A DNA stretch of 64,000 bases from assembly GCF_009914755.1 (NCBI RefSeq), contig NC_060945.1, one strand, 5' to 3'. A program made the translations under genes and the position numbers. The stretch is from the human T2T-CHM13v2.0 reference genome, Homo sapiens. The notes below the pieces were generated by a model. The model saw only the letters and a list, made by a program, of their open reading frames with translations, searched no databases and was not told the DNA's origin. Numbering within the stretch: position 1 is the stretch's first letter; every line of letters starts with the position of its first letter. This document shows, one piece after another, positions 48,668 through 63,576 of this stretch.

Positions 48668-48933
48668 GGTCGGGCACAGTGGCTCACGCCTGTAATCCCA
48701 GCACTTTGGAAGTCCCAGTCAGGTGGATCATCTGAGGTCAGGAGTTCAAGACCAGCCTGACCAACACGGAGAAACCCCATCTCTATTAAAAATACAAAAT
48801 TAGCCAAGCATGGTGGCGCATCCCTGTAATCCCAGCTACTCGGGAGGCGGAGGTTGCGGTGAGCCGAGATCGTGCCATTGCTCTCCAGCCTGGGCAACAA
48901 GAGTGAAACTCTGTCTCAAAAAAAAAAAAAAAA
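48668..48933 (+). mobile_element. AluS (Sp/Sq-like) with right-arm deletion
   Basis: ctactcgggaggcggaggttgc junction. cctgaccaacacggagaaacccc. Confidence 0.9.
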
Positions 48934-51181
48934 GAATATGATTACTATTCATAATTATTGTAAGATTATTAACTTTCACATAATAAAGCATAATTCCCCA
49001 TTTTTCAGGTCAAATCTTAATGCATGCATATTTCAATATATCTTAGAATATATATTGTATTAAATATATTAAGACAATAACACTACATCATTTGTCAAAT
49101 GTTTTGTATGTTCCAACCACTCCAAAGTGCTTTACATTCTCAATTCATCCTCACAGGAGTCCTGCAAATGGAGATATTTTTTAGCCTTATCCTACAGATA
49201 AGAACAATGAAAATCAAAGAGGCTAAGACATGTTTCTAAAGTTGATCAGCAACTAGAAAGTGGCAAGGCTGGAATTCCAATTTTGTTCTGGTTGACTTTG
49301 AAGCTCCTTTTCCATGTTCTGGGTACCCTGGCTTACTCTCTCCCTTGGGCTGGGGCGGGGATGGTAGATTTTTCTTACCATATTTTGCAAGATGACTTGC
49401 CCTTTCTCCTATATCTTCCAAGATTATTTGCTGCCTTCTCCCTCTGGTTGTCTCCTTAAACAGCTTCTTGTTTATTTCTATAACAGTTTCTACTTTCAGC
49501 CCCATTTAAAATAAAAATTAGGAAGACTCACCCCATCAAGCCATTTCAATATGTGGAATTGGTTGAGCAAATAAAAAAAATTTGAGAATACTGAAGTTGC
49601 CATGGATGACATATTACTACCATTCGTTGTAATTTAGGTGTTGTAAGCTTTTTTTGTTTTTTCCACTTTGCTCAATCAAGCACTCCTAACTTGATGGTCT
49701 TGCTTCTAGCTATGATTCAAATCCACGGAGGATTTCATTTTGACTTTAAACTATAGCTGATTTGCTGTAGGAGATGCTTAAGACAACCAGAGATATAAAT
49801 TGCCTCATCTACCGCCAAGGGAAAAATGATTGTATCTTGTAATATGAACCTCAGGATAGGGACGAGCTTGTTGGCTATATACTCCTGTTACCAACATCAG
49901 CTACAAAGAAGAAAAATAGAATTGAGGAGAAGATCATTTGTTTTCAGCTCATTACAGGGAAAGGAAAACTACGTTAGTATATATGATTCATATATAAAGA
50001 GGAACATATACATAAACACACAGTGGGAGAGAAGCAAGCTAGCATTTATTAAGTCTTAATATATACCAAGAGCTTCAGGTATCTTAAACAACCCTAAGAG
50101 ATTTGGTTATTTCCATATTATGAAGGAAAGAATTGCAAAAACAAAAAAATCTGAGTTTATAAACCCCTCCTAAAGTCCAGATTTTCTGTACCATATTCTA
50201 TTGACTTTATGTACAATCTTACATAAATTCCTCTTAGAAATTCTGAGATCGTTGTATATCACTTACCTTTAATATTTCAGAATGAAAATAAAGTCATGAA
50301 TCTCTAAACGGGACTTCAGACTCATCTGCAGCCTCTACCAATTGTTCCCTCTTCTTTAGTTTTTCTTACCCTGTTTACAAGTGCCCCTATGTTTAAGTCT
50401 TGACAAAAATTGTTTGGAAGCTTTGATGTTTATATTGAAAGTGCATAGAAAAAAAATTTGTTTCTCCCACTTAGAAAGCATTAGAAAACTTCTAGCTACC
50501 TGGAGATGACATCTATTGTTATGAGGAGCCCAAAGCCCATCTCACTTGATTTGGGGGCAACATCTTGCCCTCCTGTGGAAAATCACCCTCCTCCTCGCTG
50601 GTGGTGTTGATGGAGTTGTCATTTAGGATGCCTCCCCTTTCCTGATTCAGGGGCAATAAACTAGGTCGGATTCTCCCTGTCCCCAACAAGGATTCAAATA
50701 TCGTGCAGCAAACTTCAAAGACAGAAAACATTTGTAGCAGATTTATCCCAAAAGTGATGCTCACAGACACTGTCCATTATTCTCCTCACTCTGCCCACAT
50801 GCTTGTCCCACTTATTGCTTATTTATTTATCTTTTTCTTTGGTTCTGTGTGCTATCCCATATCCTCCCATTACATTCCTTTATTTTTCTCTCCCTGTTAT
50901 TAGCTAGAGGTAGCTTCTGTTGCCAGCAACCAAAGTGCCTGAGCTGACCATCCAACCATTGATAGGATACGTAGAGCCCCAGTTAGACATTTACAAGTCA
51001 CTGCCTGGGACAAATTGTGACACTGGGCTCCCTGGGTCTCTCTTTCCTGGATGCTTGTGTCTCCTTCCACCTGTGTTTACAGGATGTGCACTTTCATTAT
51101 CAATTTGCCGTGGTCAGCTAATCCCTTCTGAGATGATAATGCATGATAATAGCTAAAGCTGCATCACCAAAAGAGATTTTA

Positions 51182-51525
<344 letters not shown>

Positions 51526-53469
51526 GTAGAAAATGTGGCAGACACAGAAGAGTGAGACACTAATCGTGGAATTCCACATATGCTAAGAAAAGATGTACAA
51601 TAAGTCATCCTGTGTAAACAGTGTCTTCCAAGACTCTCCACAATTCATGGAATTTCCCACTCAAGGACTCTGTGTCAATTTTTAATGAACCAGTTACTGA
51701 ACATTGTACCTAAGACCATGACAACTTATGCTCAGCCATTCCATGCTCTTCCATACCCAGTGCAGACAAATTTATTGGGGTTTAATTCAAAATGTGCAAA
51801 AAGAAAAATTTGCAAATTGTTTTTAAAAAGGTACCATCTACTCTCACTATTAGGAGCAAGTTTTACTACAGATTGCTCAAATAATAAATTCCTGGGATTG
51901 AGGCCCGTCTACATTACCTTGTGGTGCTTCTTTTTCTCTGTACACACTCACAGCGTAATCAGAGTAAACTACTGCAATGCATACCATCTTGCAGATGTTT
52001 CACTATGTTCTTCTATGAAATAGGCTTCTTAACCAAGGACAAGAGAAATTGTCAATTAATACCTGTCTCATTTAATCTGCAGGTGAATAGAGGGCTCAGA
52101 CAGCTGTGTCTCCTCAGGGGCTTCTAATTAAAAAGGATTAAGAATATATATCCCTGCCGAGTTTCCCAGATTTCTCAATACAATCACTTTCACTCCAAGA
52201 ACGTTGGCTACAGCACTATCCTATAAATAAATACCAGTCCTATTTTGAGAAAGACTCAAATCAGATAACTAGAATTGCAAGCATGAAGTCAGTTCTAAAT
52301 AGGTTCTGGACCCTAAACACTACAGATTCCTACTTTCCACTTTATCCCAGGCCCCTACCTGGAAAACGCTCCCTCCCCTCTGTTCAATTAAATCGTCCAT
52401 GTCCTTTGAGGCACATGTCATTCCCTCCATGAAAGGTTCTGTGACCCACTGACCTCATGGTACATCCCTCTCCTGGGACCCATGAATCCCCTGAAATTGC
52501 AAGAGTCTCTTGAGGCACTTAGCATAGCTGGTCACACACTCTGACCTCGAGGCAAATCCCAAGGCTTCTCTCCTCCTGTTTAGACAATCTATAAAAAATA
52601 TCCTTGGACCCTGCCAGATGGTCCGGGGATATTTTGAAGAACAGAGGTACAATTAGGGCACAGAGCTGACAGGGCACAGGAAGAAGATGTTTAGCTGGAG
52701 GAATAAAAATGAGGTGAATAGTCTGCTTTTAAAAAGATTTAAAAGGATTTTCTTCTCTTGTGTGTGGCGTAGGCTATAAGTAAAATTTATCAGGTCAAGA
52801 TCAGCATTTGGTGTAACCTTGATCTACCTCTAGTCTAAGTCTAAATTTACAGGGATACAGAGAGCCCTTGAAGCTGGGCATGATTCAGACTAGCAGCAGG
52901 GTTGGAGTCTCCAGAGAAACTAGGTCCATAGGTAATAAAGAATTCCTTACACCTGCAGGGTTCTGTACATGGCATCTATCTAGGATAGAGGCTGGAAGCT
53001 GAAGGGAGATTCAGGGAGTCCTGGGTTCTGCTTCTGGCCGAATCCCATCCTATTAAAAATCATACACCACCTTGTAGAGTTAGTTGTCTATTTTAAACTC
53101 TTTCTAATTTTACTAATAGATTGGAAACCCCTTGAAGAGAATTATCTCCCTAGCAACCATTTATCATGCCTTCCACATAATAAATGTAAAGTGCTCAATG
53201 GTTTAAATTAGAAATGACTTCTTAGTGAAAAAAAAAAAAAAATCACATGGAGAAAAAGAAATATCCTAACCAAAATATCCTGCCCAACAAGTAAAACAGG
53301 CAATTTAATACAGCTATGCACAGTAGAACTCGCTAGAATAATTGCTTCCCAGACTGCAGGCTCCAAGGGGAAAGATTCACCTTTGTGCCCGCCACAGAGG
53401 AGATCAACAAATAACTATACTTAACTTATTAACTACAAGTAACTCAAAAGTTGTATTTCAACACCCCCC

Positions 53470-53955
53470 ATATTAGTTTTCTATTGCTACTGCAACAAAT
53501 TACCACAAACTTAGTGGCTTAAACTGACACAGAATTATTGTCCTATAGTTCTGTAAGTCTAAAGTCTAACTGGACTAAAATCTAGGTGTCAGGAGGGCTA
53601 GGTGTCTAGGTGTAGGGCTAAGTTCATTCTGAAGGCTGGAGGGGAGAATCTGGTTCCTGGCCTTTCTCAACTCCTAAAGGTGGCCTGCATTCGTTGGCTC
53701 ATAGCCCCTCCCTCCATCTTCAAAGCCAGCAGGGTAGCATCTTCAAATCTCTCTCTGTGACTCAGACACTTTTGCCTCCCTCTTAATAAGGACAATTGTG
53801 ATTACAGGCAACCACAGTAATCCAATAAAGCTTCCCATCTCAAGACCCTTAACTTAATCTCATCTGCAAACTCCCTTTTGCCATGTTAGGTAACATATTT
53901 GCAGATTTCAGGAATTAGGATGTGGACATTTGGGGGCCATTGTTCTACCTACCAC
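53470..53955 (-). mobile_element. MLT1 (C/D/E-like) LTR
   Basis: tattagttttctattgctactgcaacaaattaccacaaacttagtggcttaaa...gtggacatttgggggccattgttctacctacca. Confidence 0.82.
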
Positions 53956-53968
53956 CACTCCCCCACCA

Positions 53969-53971
<3 letters not shown>

Positions 53972-54007
<36 letters not shown>

Positions 54008-54008
54008 A
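53972..54008. repeat. (CA)n microsatellite
   Basis: Directly visible. Confidence 0.93.
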
Positions 54009-54349
54009 AATGACTATGTGGCAATGTCAGACATTTGTGAAGCTCCCCAGTGCTGATAGAGGATTTTTAGAATTTTTCACATTGCTCCCATCAGAGAGAT
54101 AAAAACAGAGCAAAGGAAAGATGCCACTACCCCCACCTTCCAGGGGAGAGCGGGTACATGTCTTCTCCTCTGTGGCCAGCCTCTCCCTTGACTTCTTACA
54201 CTGCGGCTGCAACTACAAAGTTCATCGCCAACTGAAATGTATTAATCAAATAATTTTTATATGTGATAGGTGGTTATGGGAACCTCTTTTATAAAGGAAA
54301 CGAAGTTAAAACCAGAGGATCACTTAAAATTGGGGTGTACCCACGTTTA

Positions 54350-54541
<192 letters not shown>

Positions 54542-57302
54542 TCAGAAGGCTACTGCCCCCATGATTCCTTAGGGCTTTAGCCTCAAAAGTGAAGCAATGT
54601 GGGAGCCTTCCCTAGAAAAATCAAATTTCTATGATTTGGTTTTTGAACAAAATAAGTAACAGAGGAGAAGAAAGAAAAACAGAGAAGACCAGAGGAGAAG
54701 AGGAAATGAGAGGGAAAGGAAAGGGAGGAGAGGAGGAAAAAGAGAGATGGTAGATAAAAATTTTCAGGGCATGCTTCCTTAGGAAGCAAAAACTTAGGCA
54801 ACGCTTGCATCCGGTTTTCCTGAGGAGTGCAACACACTGGAATCTGGAGTGGAGGAAAGGACAGTAGAGTGGCAAAACATAGCAAATAGAAGGGTATCCT
54901 CTCCCAGCTGGGCACATCTTCAAAATCAAGTATATCGTGCCTATCACATGGACAGCCTCCAGATGCTACACGGAAACTAGAACCACATGGGGAGGGAAGG
55001 AGAGCAATTGATCTGTAGGCTTGTTCTTGTCTCCCATTCTCATCAGTCCAAGTTCATATAAGTTGTGTTACCTGGTCGCTCTGGGAAGCCATTGGGAAAC
55101 CAGACATCACTCCCTGAACACAGTCTTTATCTCAGTTCTAAAGGAGTAGGAAGGCCAGAGCCCTGTGAGCCTGGTCTTAGCTAACTCCAAGTTCAAACTC
55201 AACTGATCCACTGTCTCTAGGGATGCCTTTGCAGGACAGACCTTGATGGAAGCATGGGACCTCAAACCCCCCTGGTCTGTCTTTAGCTACTACATTCAAG
55301 GCCCCAGGAACTTAGTTAAGACAATTCATCCCCAGGGAAACTAGCTGGGCTTCCATCTTGCTTCTTCTTGGCCACAGGACCAAGACTCTATCACTTTAGT
55401 GCTGGATATGCTGTGGTTCTACATCCATGAGCACAGTGGAGGTCACAACAGCCACATTGCATAGTCACAGTGAGCTCTGTGATGTGTAGGAAGTGAGCCA
55501 GGGGCACAGCTGCCCAGAGAGCCCTTGCCACAGAGGAAGTTATGGTTCAAGACTTATGGGAAAGAAAAGATGTAACATGGGGCACTGAGAGGCACATAAA
55601 ATTGGACCCGATACCAAACCCAAGCACACAGTAACTTGTACATAACACCAAATTATGCCATGGCGATGAAGTGCTTTGAATTTCAGTGGGAAAAAAATCT
55701 CCCAAAGCTGAGGGGACAACGACAGCATCAGAGAAGCAGCAGCTCTCAAGCTAAGCTATGAGGGAGAGCTTGTAATAAGTAATTCCCAAAGATGGAGGTT
55801 GCGTAATCACGCTGTAATCACATAAGTGCATCAGGTGCTGTCCTAGAAACTTTCCATTAAATAGTCCATTTAATCAACCGCTCTGTCTGGGAGAGTTAAG
55901 GATGTCATTCCCATTCAACTAATAAGGAAGCTGACAATACAGTTTAGTGGAGGTCATTCAAAGTAGCAAAAAGAGCTAAAGATGTGGAAGAGTTGACGGC
56001 TCATTAAGGAGAAAAGAAAAATATATTTTTAAGGGGTAGATAACCCCCAGACCCAGGAGGGTCTTCAGAGCTGGGCTGTCGAGTTGGAACATTATTTGGT
56101 GACAATGAAGCAAGCAGGGAAGGGTTATCTACTGAGGAATGACTTGTGTATAAAGTTTCAGAAGATAATCCTGCTGGTGGCATGAAGAACAAAGGCAGAG
56201 ACCAATGGAAAGATAATCAGACTTCTGTCTTCCGTGTAGAAGACAGAGGCCCTGGTGACCCTGAAAACTTGAAAGTTGACAAGATGGCAGGAAGGGTGAA
56301 GACAACCCCGGGGCTCTTCCACGAGCATATCACAGGTGGCCCAGTGCAACTGAGGGGAACTACATTCCCTATTTGTCCTTCTGCACTGATTGTGCAAAGC
56401 TCTCACCATGAGACCTGGCTCACCCAAAGGCTATAGACTAGTGTGAAACTTTCAACTCGCTGTGACTCTCCCAAAGACAGAGTGCATGAGGGCTCAGGAC
56501 CAGCCCTGCCTTAATCCTCACATATCCTTTGTAGTCGCAGAATCATATCACTTGGCACTTCCATTTCCAAGCAGTTCTAGAACTTTCCAGGTGCACTTGC
56601 TAATTATCACAGACCACCGGGTGCTGGGAGAAGCAGCTACGGTGATCACAGCCATGAGCAGAGCACAGTTGGGCCCAAAACTAGTGGCTGCATGAAAATG
56701 AAATGCAGAAGACCTGTTTCTTTGCAATATGTTATTATATTCACCAGATAAACATGAAGCTCATGAATTATCTTTCATTCGGTAAGATTAGCAACTCTTA
56801 GGAAATGATTTCCTACCTGGGATGAGAAAAAATCTAATTTATTATAAATGAAATATGCAACCCTATATGCAAACACTTATAGGAGATGGGTTTGTATGAG
56901 CTTTGTGCTGTTACAGAAAGCTAAATTTCCCTGGAGACTCTGAAAAGGTTATCACACGTGGTTTCTTACTGTCAGCCTATGGGCGAGGCAGGGTCTGTGA
57001 GGAATGGTCTCAAGCAACAGCCTCTCTTAGGAGCCAGTAAACTGCACTCTCTGGAGTCTGCTCCCCACCTGCCCTCATGCCCTTCTTCCCCTCCTCAGCA
57101 ATCACAGTTCCAAATCAGTTCCTCTCACTTCCTTCAAGTCTTGCCCCTCACCTCCATTTGAGAATTCAAAGTAGAGTTTAGATCTTTTACAGGTCTGCTG
57201 GAGAAATTGGCTCTGAAAACATGACTTAAATTAGAGCTTAAGCAACCAGAGAAAAATATTCAAGACCTAGAGAGAATTTCAGGAGAACATTTATACATAT
57301 CC

Positions 57303-58100
57303 TGTTATAGTATAATAGGTGGAATGGTGGTCCCCAAAAATAGGGTCACGTGTGGTGGCTCATGCCAGTAGTCCCAGCATTTTAGGAAGCCAACGTGAGA
57401 GGATCATTTGAGCCCAGGAATTCAAGACCAACCTGGGCAACACAGCAAGACCCCATCTCTACAAAAAAAAAAAAAAAAACTAGCTGAATGTGATGCTGCA
57501 TGCTTATAGTACTAGCTGCTAGGGAGGCTGAGGCAGGAGGATCTCTTGAGCCCAAAAGTTTGAGCCTACACTGAGCTATGGTCACACCACTGCACTCCAG
57601 CTTGGGTGACAGAGGGAAACCGTGTCTCAAAAAAATGAATAAAAATGAAAAAGATACGTTCCCATCCTAATTCCCAAAACCTTTAAATGTTAATTTATTG
57701 GGGAGAAGTATGTTTGCAGTTGTGATTAAGAATCTTGAGATAAGATGATCCTGGATAATTAGGTGGGCCCTAAATTCAATGACAAGTGTCCTTATAAACA
57801 AAGGGCAAAGGGAAATTTGAGACAGAAGAGGGGAAGACACAGAGAATAGGAGGAAGCAATGTAACCATGGAGGTGGAGATTGGAGAGATGCAACCACACA
57901 CCCAAGAATGCCGACAGCAACCAGAAGCCAGAGGGGCAATGGATGGAATATCTTCTGGAGCCTCTAGAAGGAGTATAGCCCTGACCCTGACAACAACCCC
58001 ATTTCAGACTCCTGGCCTCCAGAACTCTGAGAGAATAAGTTTCTGTTTTAAGCTACATAATTTGTGATAATTTGTGACAGAAACCACAGAAGACAAATAC
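57303..58100 (+). mobile_element. MLT1D-like LTR interrupted by an AluJ (about 57344-57650)
   Basis: gattaagaatcttgagataagatgatcctggata...ccagaagccagagg...cctccagaactctgagagaataag...caaataca. Confidence 0.8.
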
Positions 58101-59065
58101 ACCTGGTTTTAAGCAGACAACTTAAACCATTGTTAATCATTTCTTCTTCCACTGCCTGCCGTGCCATATACACAGGCCTATACACATTAACAACACTACC
58201 GCCAATACCATCATCTTCTGAAAAGTTTTATTTGCATGTCGCTCTGCAGATAATAACCCTTCAGTGCCAGCAGAAGACTCAGTATGGGATTCTTGTTGAA
58301 ATTGGTGGGAAGAGAGGACTGGGGATTAGTGGGAGCTGTCGGGAGCTACCTTGAGACCACAGAGGGACATCAGGCTGAGATCAGAATCAGCACAGAAAAG
58401 AGCAGAACTGAAAACAGAGACATCAAGGCAACACCCCAAAACACCCCTGGAACCCCCGAGCTTTTCAGTTAAGTGAGATAATATGTCCTTGCTTTATTAA
58501 TTTGAGTTTATTGACCTTTTTTTCACTTGCAACTGACTTGATTCAGGACACAAAGCAACGCAGACCCCAAGAACATAAGCAATGCCTGAGGTTTTCTGTG
58601 AGAACAGCCTGAAAGCCAGTATCTATTTGAGTGATGACTCTCATCGGTTTTTGGTTTTAAAGTTAGTCCAAGAGAAAGTGAAAGAACAAATCAAAACATG
58701 AATTTTATCTGTGGTTCAGTTTTCTATGATATCTCCCCACCCAGTCCTGGCTACTGTGGCTTTGAGTCACCCATCTTTTCAGTTCAAAGTTGGTAATTCA
58801 ATCTTGCCTCCTATCAGCATCTCTAGCCAATCCTCCAGCCTTCAGGGAAATGGTGCACAAAGTAATAGCTTTGTTGACATGGGAAAAGAGGAGCAGAACG
58901 TACCAAACATGACGTTAACTAGGTAAAGACATTGCTTCATGTCCTGCTGGAAACAATGGTCAAGTTACATTCCTCTTATCTGGAGCCAGAATCCGTCCAA
59001 GCTGTTAGCAAAGATACTCAATGTTTGTGATATGTATGGCACTTTATAGCTTATGAAGTGCTTTC

Positions 59066-59209
59066 TTTTTACATTTATTTTTATTTTTCAATAAAAATGG
59101 GGTCTCACTATGTTGCCAAAGCTGGTCTCGAATTCCTGGGCTCAAGCAATCCTCCCACCTCAGCCTCCCAAAGTGCTGGGATGACAGGCCTGAGCCATCG
59201 CTCATAGCC
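59066..59209 (-). mobile_element. FLAM_C-like monomer
   Basis: Single antisense Alu left monomer. Confidence 0.85.
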
Positions 59210-60129
59210 AAAATGCTTTCTCATCTATTTTCTCATTTAATTTTCTCTACCTCCAGCCTTCTAATGATAGGCAAGGACAGAATGGTACCCTGGCCTGCTG
59301 CAGATGAGGAAACTGAGGCTCAGTAAAGTTGAGTGGTTTGTTCTAGGCCAAAGAGCTAGTGACTCTAAAAACAAGACCCATGCAATCATGATGTAACAAT
59401 GAATCTAAGGAATACTTCCTTTGCCTCAATAAGAACAATGAAGCTTTGCATCCCCTCCACTATCTCCCAAGTCACTAAACAAAGGCCTGGGTAGGCTTTT
59501 CTTTTTTGACTTGGCTGACTACTGTGGTAGATGAAGAAAGAAATAAGTCTATTGCATGATTCCAGAGCTGAGAAAGCCCTATGTCCCCAACTACCTCCTC
59601 CCCACCCCAGCTCCCACTACATCTGAAACTGGAGCAAGAGAGCCTTTTATTCCACCATTAGAGATGGACTGAAAAAAAAAAAAAAACTGTGTAACATCAA
59701 GCAGGAATTCACCATTAACTGTGAAATCACCCCACAATCATCCCTTTCACCTACATTTCCAATGACTTCTCACCAGCCTTCCATTTTACTCTTCCATCAC
59801 CCCCTGCCCCCAAATGCAAGGCTTCCTAAGAGCAGACTTGAATGTGAGTGAGGGCAGCAATGAAAACTGCAGGGCACTGGGCATTGGGAGTATGTGTGTG
59901 TACAGGGGTGGACAGCCAGGGTAGAGAGAGGTGGGCTGGGAAAAAGGAGGGAATAATCCAGGTACCCTTTACTGCACCAGCTGCCACTTACACGTCATCT
60001 TATTTGATGCTGATGACCCAGCTCCTTTATGGAAGGCATTATTTCCTTCCCTGTGTAAATGAAGAAATCAAAGCTCTGGAAAGTAAAATAAGTTGCTCAG
60101 TTCAAGAGAAAATGACCAACATGACTATG

Positions 60130-60460
60130 TATGCACGATTACGTAAGAGAAGACTGTGATGCCCACCTTGCTAGGAGACTGTGTCTCCTTTGGTGGCTTT
60201 GAAGAAGCAAGTTGCCATGTTGTGAACTGTCTATGGAGTGGGCACGTGTCAGTGGCCCTTGGCTGATAGTAAGAAACTGAAGCCCACAATTCAACAGCCT
60301 GCCAGGAACTGAATTCTGCCAATAATCATGCATCCTTGGAAGCAAATCCTTCCCCCGTTGAGCCTTAGATGAGACCATAGTCCTGGTCAACACCTTGATT
60401 GCGGTTTTACAGAGGATCCAGCTAAGCCATGCCTGGACTCCTGTCCCATAGAGTTTATGA
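60130..60460 (+). mobile_element. MLT1 LTR fragment
   Basis: gaactgaattctgccaataatcatg...gagccttagatgagacc...cagctaagccatgcctggactcctg. Confidence 0.75.
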
Positions 60461-60963
60461 AATGTGTTAGTGTTTTCTTGGCATGATAGAAGAAGCTGAA
60501 AAGATACGTATCAGACAATACAGGAAGATAAGCATAGGAAGTGAATTTTCACCAAGGACTACTCAATTCTACAGTATTCCCCTGGCTTTTTGGCTCTTGC
60601 TTGCTTTTATAAAATCTGTCCCACTTGTTTCTTTTCTTGCAACAATAATAACAGTCCATGATCATTAATCAATTTCCCTTCATTTTAAGCCAACACAGTT
60701 GTGGTAAAACAATGTTTTGCAGTTGAAGGTGTACAAAGTTTGCAACCGTTTAAAACACCCTTCATGAGACTAAACCAAAATGGCCAAGGCCCCCTTTACC
60801 TGTGCATTTTCTAAAAACAAATCATCTTTAGAAGGGCAGCCTGATTAGAGCCTACACATGCCTCTCTCCTCCTGCCACTGCATCATCAGATCGGTTCTAT
60901 GATGCTTCAATCATAGTTCTCAGACCTGATGGACCATCAAAATCACCTTAAAAGCCTGAGAGA

Positions 60964-61235
60964 GGCCAGGCGCGGTGACTCATGCCTGTAATCCCAGCAC
61001 TTCGGGAGGCCAAGGTGGGCAGATCACAAGGTCGGGAGATCGAGACCATCCTAGCTAACATGGTGAAATCTGTCTCTACTAAAAATACAAAAAATTAGCT
61101 GGGCGTGGTGGCAGGAGCCTGTAGTCCCAGCTACTCAGGAGGCTGAGGCAGGAGAATGGCGTGAACCCGGGAGGCGGAGCTTGCAGTGAGCGGAGATCGC
61201 ACCACTGAACTCCAGCCTGGGCAACAAAAAAAAAA
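60964..61235 (+). mobile_element. AluY lacking the terminal sequence before its poly(A)
   Basis: Y diagnostics. Ends cagcctgggcaac(A)10. TSD AAAAGCCTGAGAGA at 60950-60963 and 61232-61245. Confidence 0.92.
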
Positions 61236-61283
61236 GCCTGAGAGAAAAACACAGATTCCAAGTTTAATGAGACTGCTATATAG

Positions 61284-61425
61284 CAGTGGTTCTCAAAGTG
61301 TGGTCTCCTGGAACTTGTGGAAATGCAACTTCCCAGGTCTTACCCCAAAACTCCTAAAACAGACACTCTCGGGGTAGAGCCAGCAATCTGCAATTCTGAG
61401 ACTCACTCATATTTGAGAACCTCTG
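61284..61425. mobile_element. MER5A-like hAT-Charlie DNA transposon
   Basis: Terminal inverted repeats CAGTGGTTCTCAAA and TTTGAGAACCTCTG. Confidence 0.8.
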
Positions 61426-62062
61426 TGGTGTGGAATATTCACAGCATAGAAAATATAAGCAATAATAGTAATATGGGAGAAAAGGCAGTCTGTAAAGAAA
61501 TGTATTCAATCTATTTCAATTTTTTAGGGAAAAAACCTCCTAGAAATCTATAAACAAAATATCAAAAGTGGTTATTTTTGGATGACGGTTTTCATTTTTC
61601 TTTGTCATCTTCTATACACATAGCTTTTCTAAAATAGGTATGTATTACTTTCAAAATCAAAACAAGTTAAAAGAAAAATAGAACTGTGAGATTGAAAGGC
61701 AATTAATTTAAAGTACACGGCACAAAATTTACCATTTTGAATATTGCATTAAGATATTCAAAAATTTTTTCCCTTTTCATTTCACACAGAAATGCGGAAT
61801 AATTTTCCTTACCCCTATAATAATAGTGGAAGATAGGGCAAGGGGAAAAATGATGAGTTGCTTTGACTTCATAGAAATGCAAATTTCTCTCGTGAATTCA
61901 CAGGTTAAAAACTGGAGAATCTGGCTGACGACTATTGTAATTGTGGTCTCTGTGTCTTCAGTGAAATCCTCAAGGTAATTTTTGTCAGTTTCTGCTCCAT
62001 GTCATTTATCATTACTGACAATCTACTTCAATAGGTAAAATCAAAACTTAAAGGAATAGACC

Positions 62063-62452
<390 letters not shown>

Positions 62453-62786
62453 CTAGGGATCTCGTTCTAATACAGATTCTGATCTAGCAGGTGTGGGGTG
62501 GTAACCAAGATGCTGCATTTCCAACAAGCTCCCAGGAATGCCAAACGCCCATGCTGTTGGCCCTCAGACCGCCCTTTGAATGGAGCCCACATGAAGGTTT
62601 CAAGCCCATCTTGTTGAGTGGTTTTCAGCCTATAACACCAGGTGAATGGTTTGCTCATGTCTTTTGAACGGGCTGCACAGTCCCTGTTCCCTGAAGGAGC
62701 GTCGGCAAAACAGCCACCAGTGGAGATCTATTACCTCGGAAGCACCTTCCCCCAACAGTCCCCTCTCAGGCTATCCACTTACATTT

Positions 62787-63415
62787 TGTGTCCCAAATTG
62801 GTTCCTTCCAGTGGGTTGTCTCGCTGACTTCAAGAATGAAGCTGCAGACCCTCGCGGTGAGTGTTACAGTTCTTAAAGATGGTGCATCCGGAGTTTGTTC
62901 CTTCAGATGTTCAGATGTGTCCCGAGTTTCTTCCTCCCAGTGGGTTCATCGTCTCGCTGACTTCAGGAGTGAAGCTGCAGACCCTCACGGTGAGTGTTAC
63001 AGCTCTTAAAAGTAGTGCTGACCCAAAGACCCAAAGAGTGAGCAGCAGCAAGACTTACTGACAAGAGCGAAAATGCAAAGCTTCCACAAGGTGGAAGGGA
63101 ACCCGAGTGGGTTGCAGCCGCTGGCTAGGATAGCCAGCTTTTATTCCCTTATTTGGCCCCACCCACATCCTGCTGATTGGTCCATTTTACAGAGCGCTGA
63201 TCGGTCTGTTTTTACAGAGTGCTGATTGGTGCATTTACAAACCTTTAGCTAGACATAAAGCACTTATTGGTGCGTTTTTACAGAGTGCTGATTGGTGCGT
63301 TTACAAACCTTTAGCTAGACACAGAGTGCCCACTGGTGTTTACAATCCTTTAGCTAGACAGAAAAGTTCTCCAAGTCCCCACCCGACCCAGAGGCCCAGC
63401 CAGCTTCACCTCTCA
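62787..63415 (-). mobile_element. LTR12-family (ERV9) solo LTR
   Basis: Duplicated gtctcgctgacttca..gaagctgcagaccctc..ggtgagtgttacag units, repeated ctgattgg/acctttagctagac units, end cagcttcacctctca. 4-bp TSD ATTT at 62783-62786 and 63416-63419. Confidence 0.92.
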
Positions 63416-63576
63416 ATTTTACTTATGGCAGGCTTATCTTTCCAACTCGTTTGTAAATATATACTACAAAGGCAGGAAAATGGGCCCACGATAGTGTTTT
63501 TCACAAAAAGTAGTTTCTGACATTGGTTAATGAGTCACAGTGAAAAATGGAAGATGCTAATCTTCCAAAAAGCATA

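Noticed and set aside
49596-49610. RFX X-box-like GTTGCCATGGATGAC
   Set aside because: The second half-site is imperfect and nothing else in the sequence supports it.
50565-50578. CTCF-like CCACAGGAGGGCAA on minus
   Set aside because: Two core mismatches. Such a match is expected by chance in 64 kb.
62810-63360. Regularly repeated units resembling a repeat-spacer array
   Set aside because: These are the standard internal tandem repeats of LTR12. The DNA is eukaryotic and there are no cas genes.
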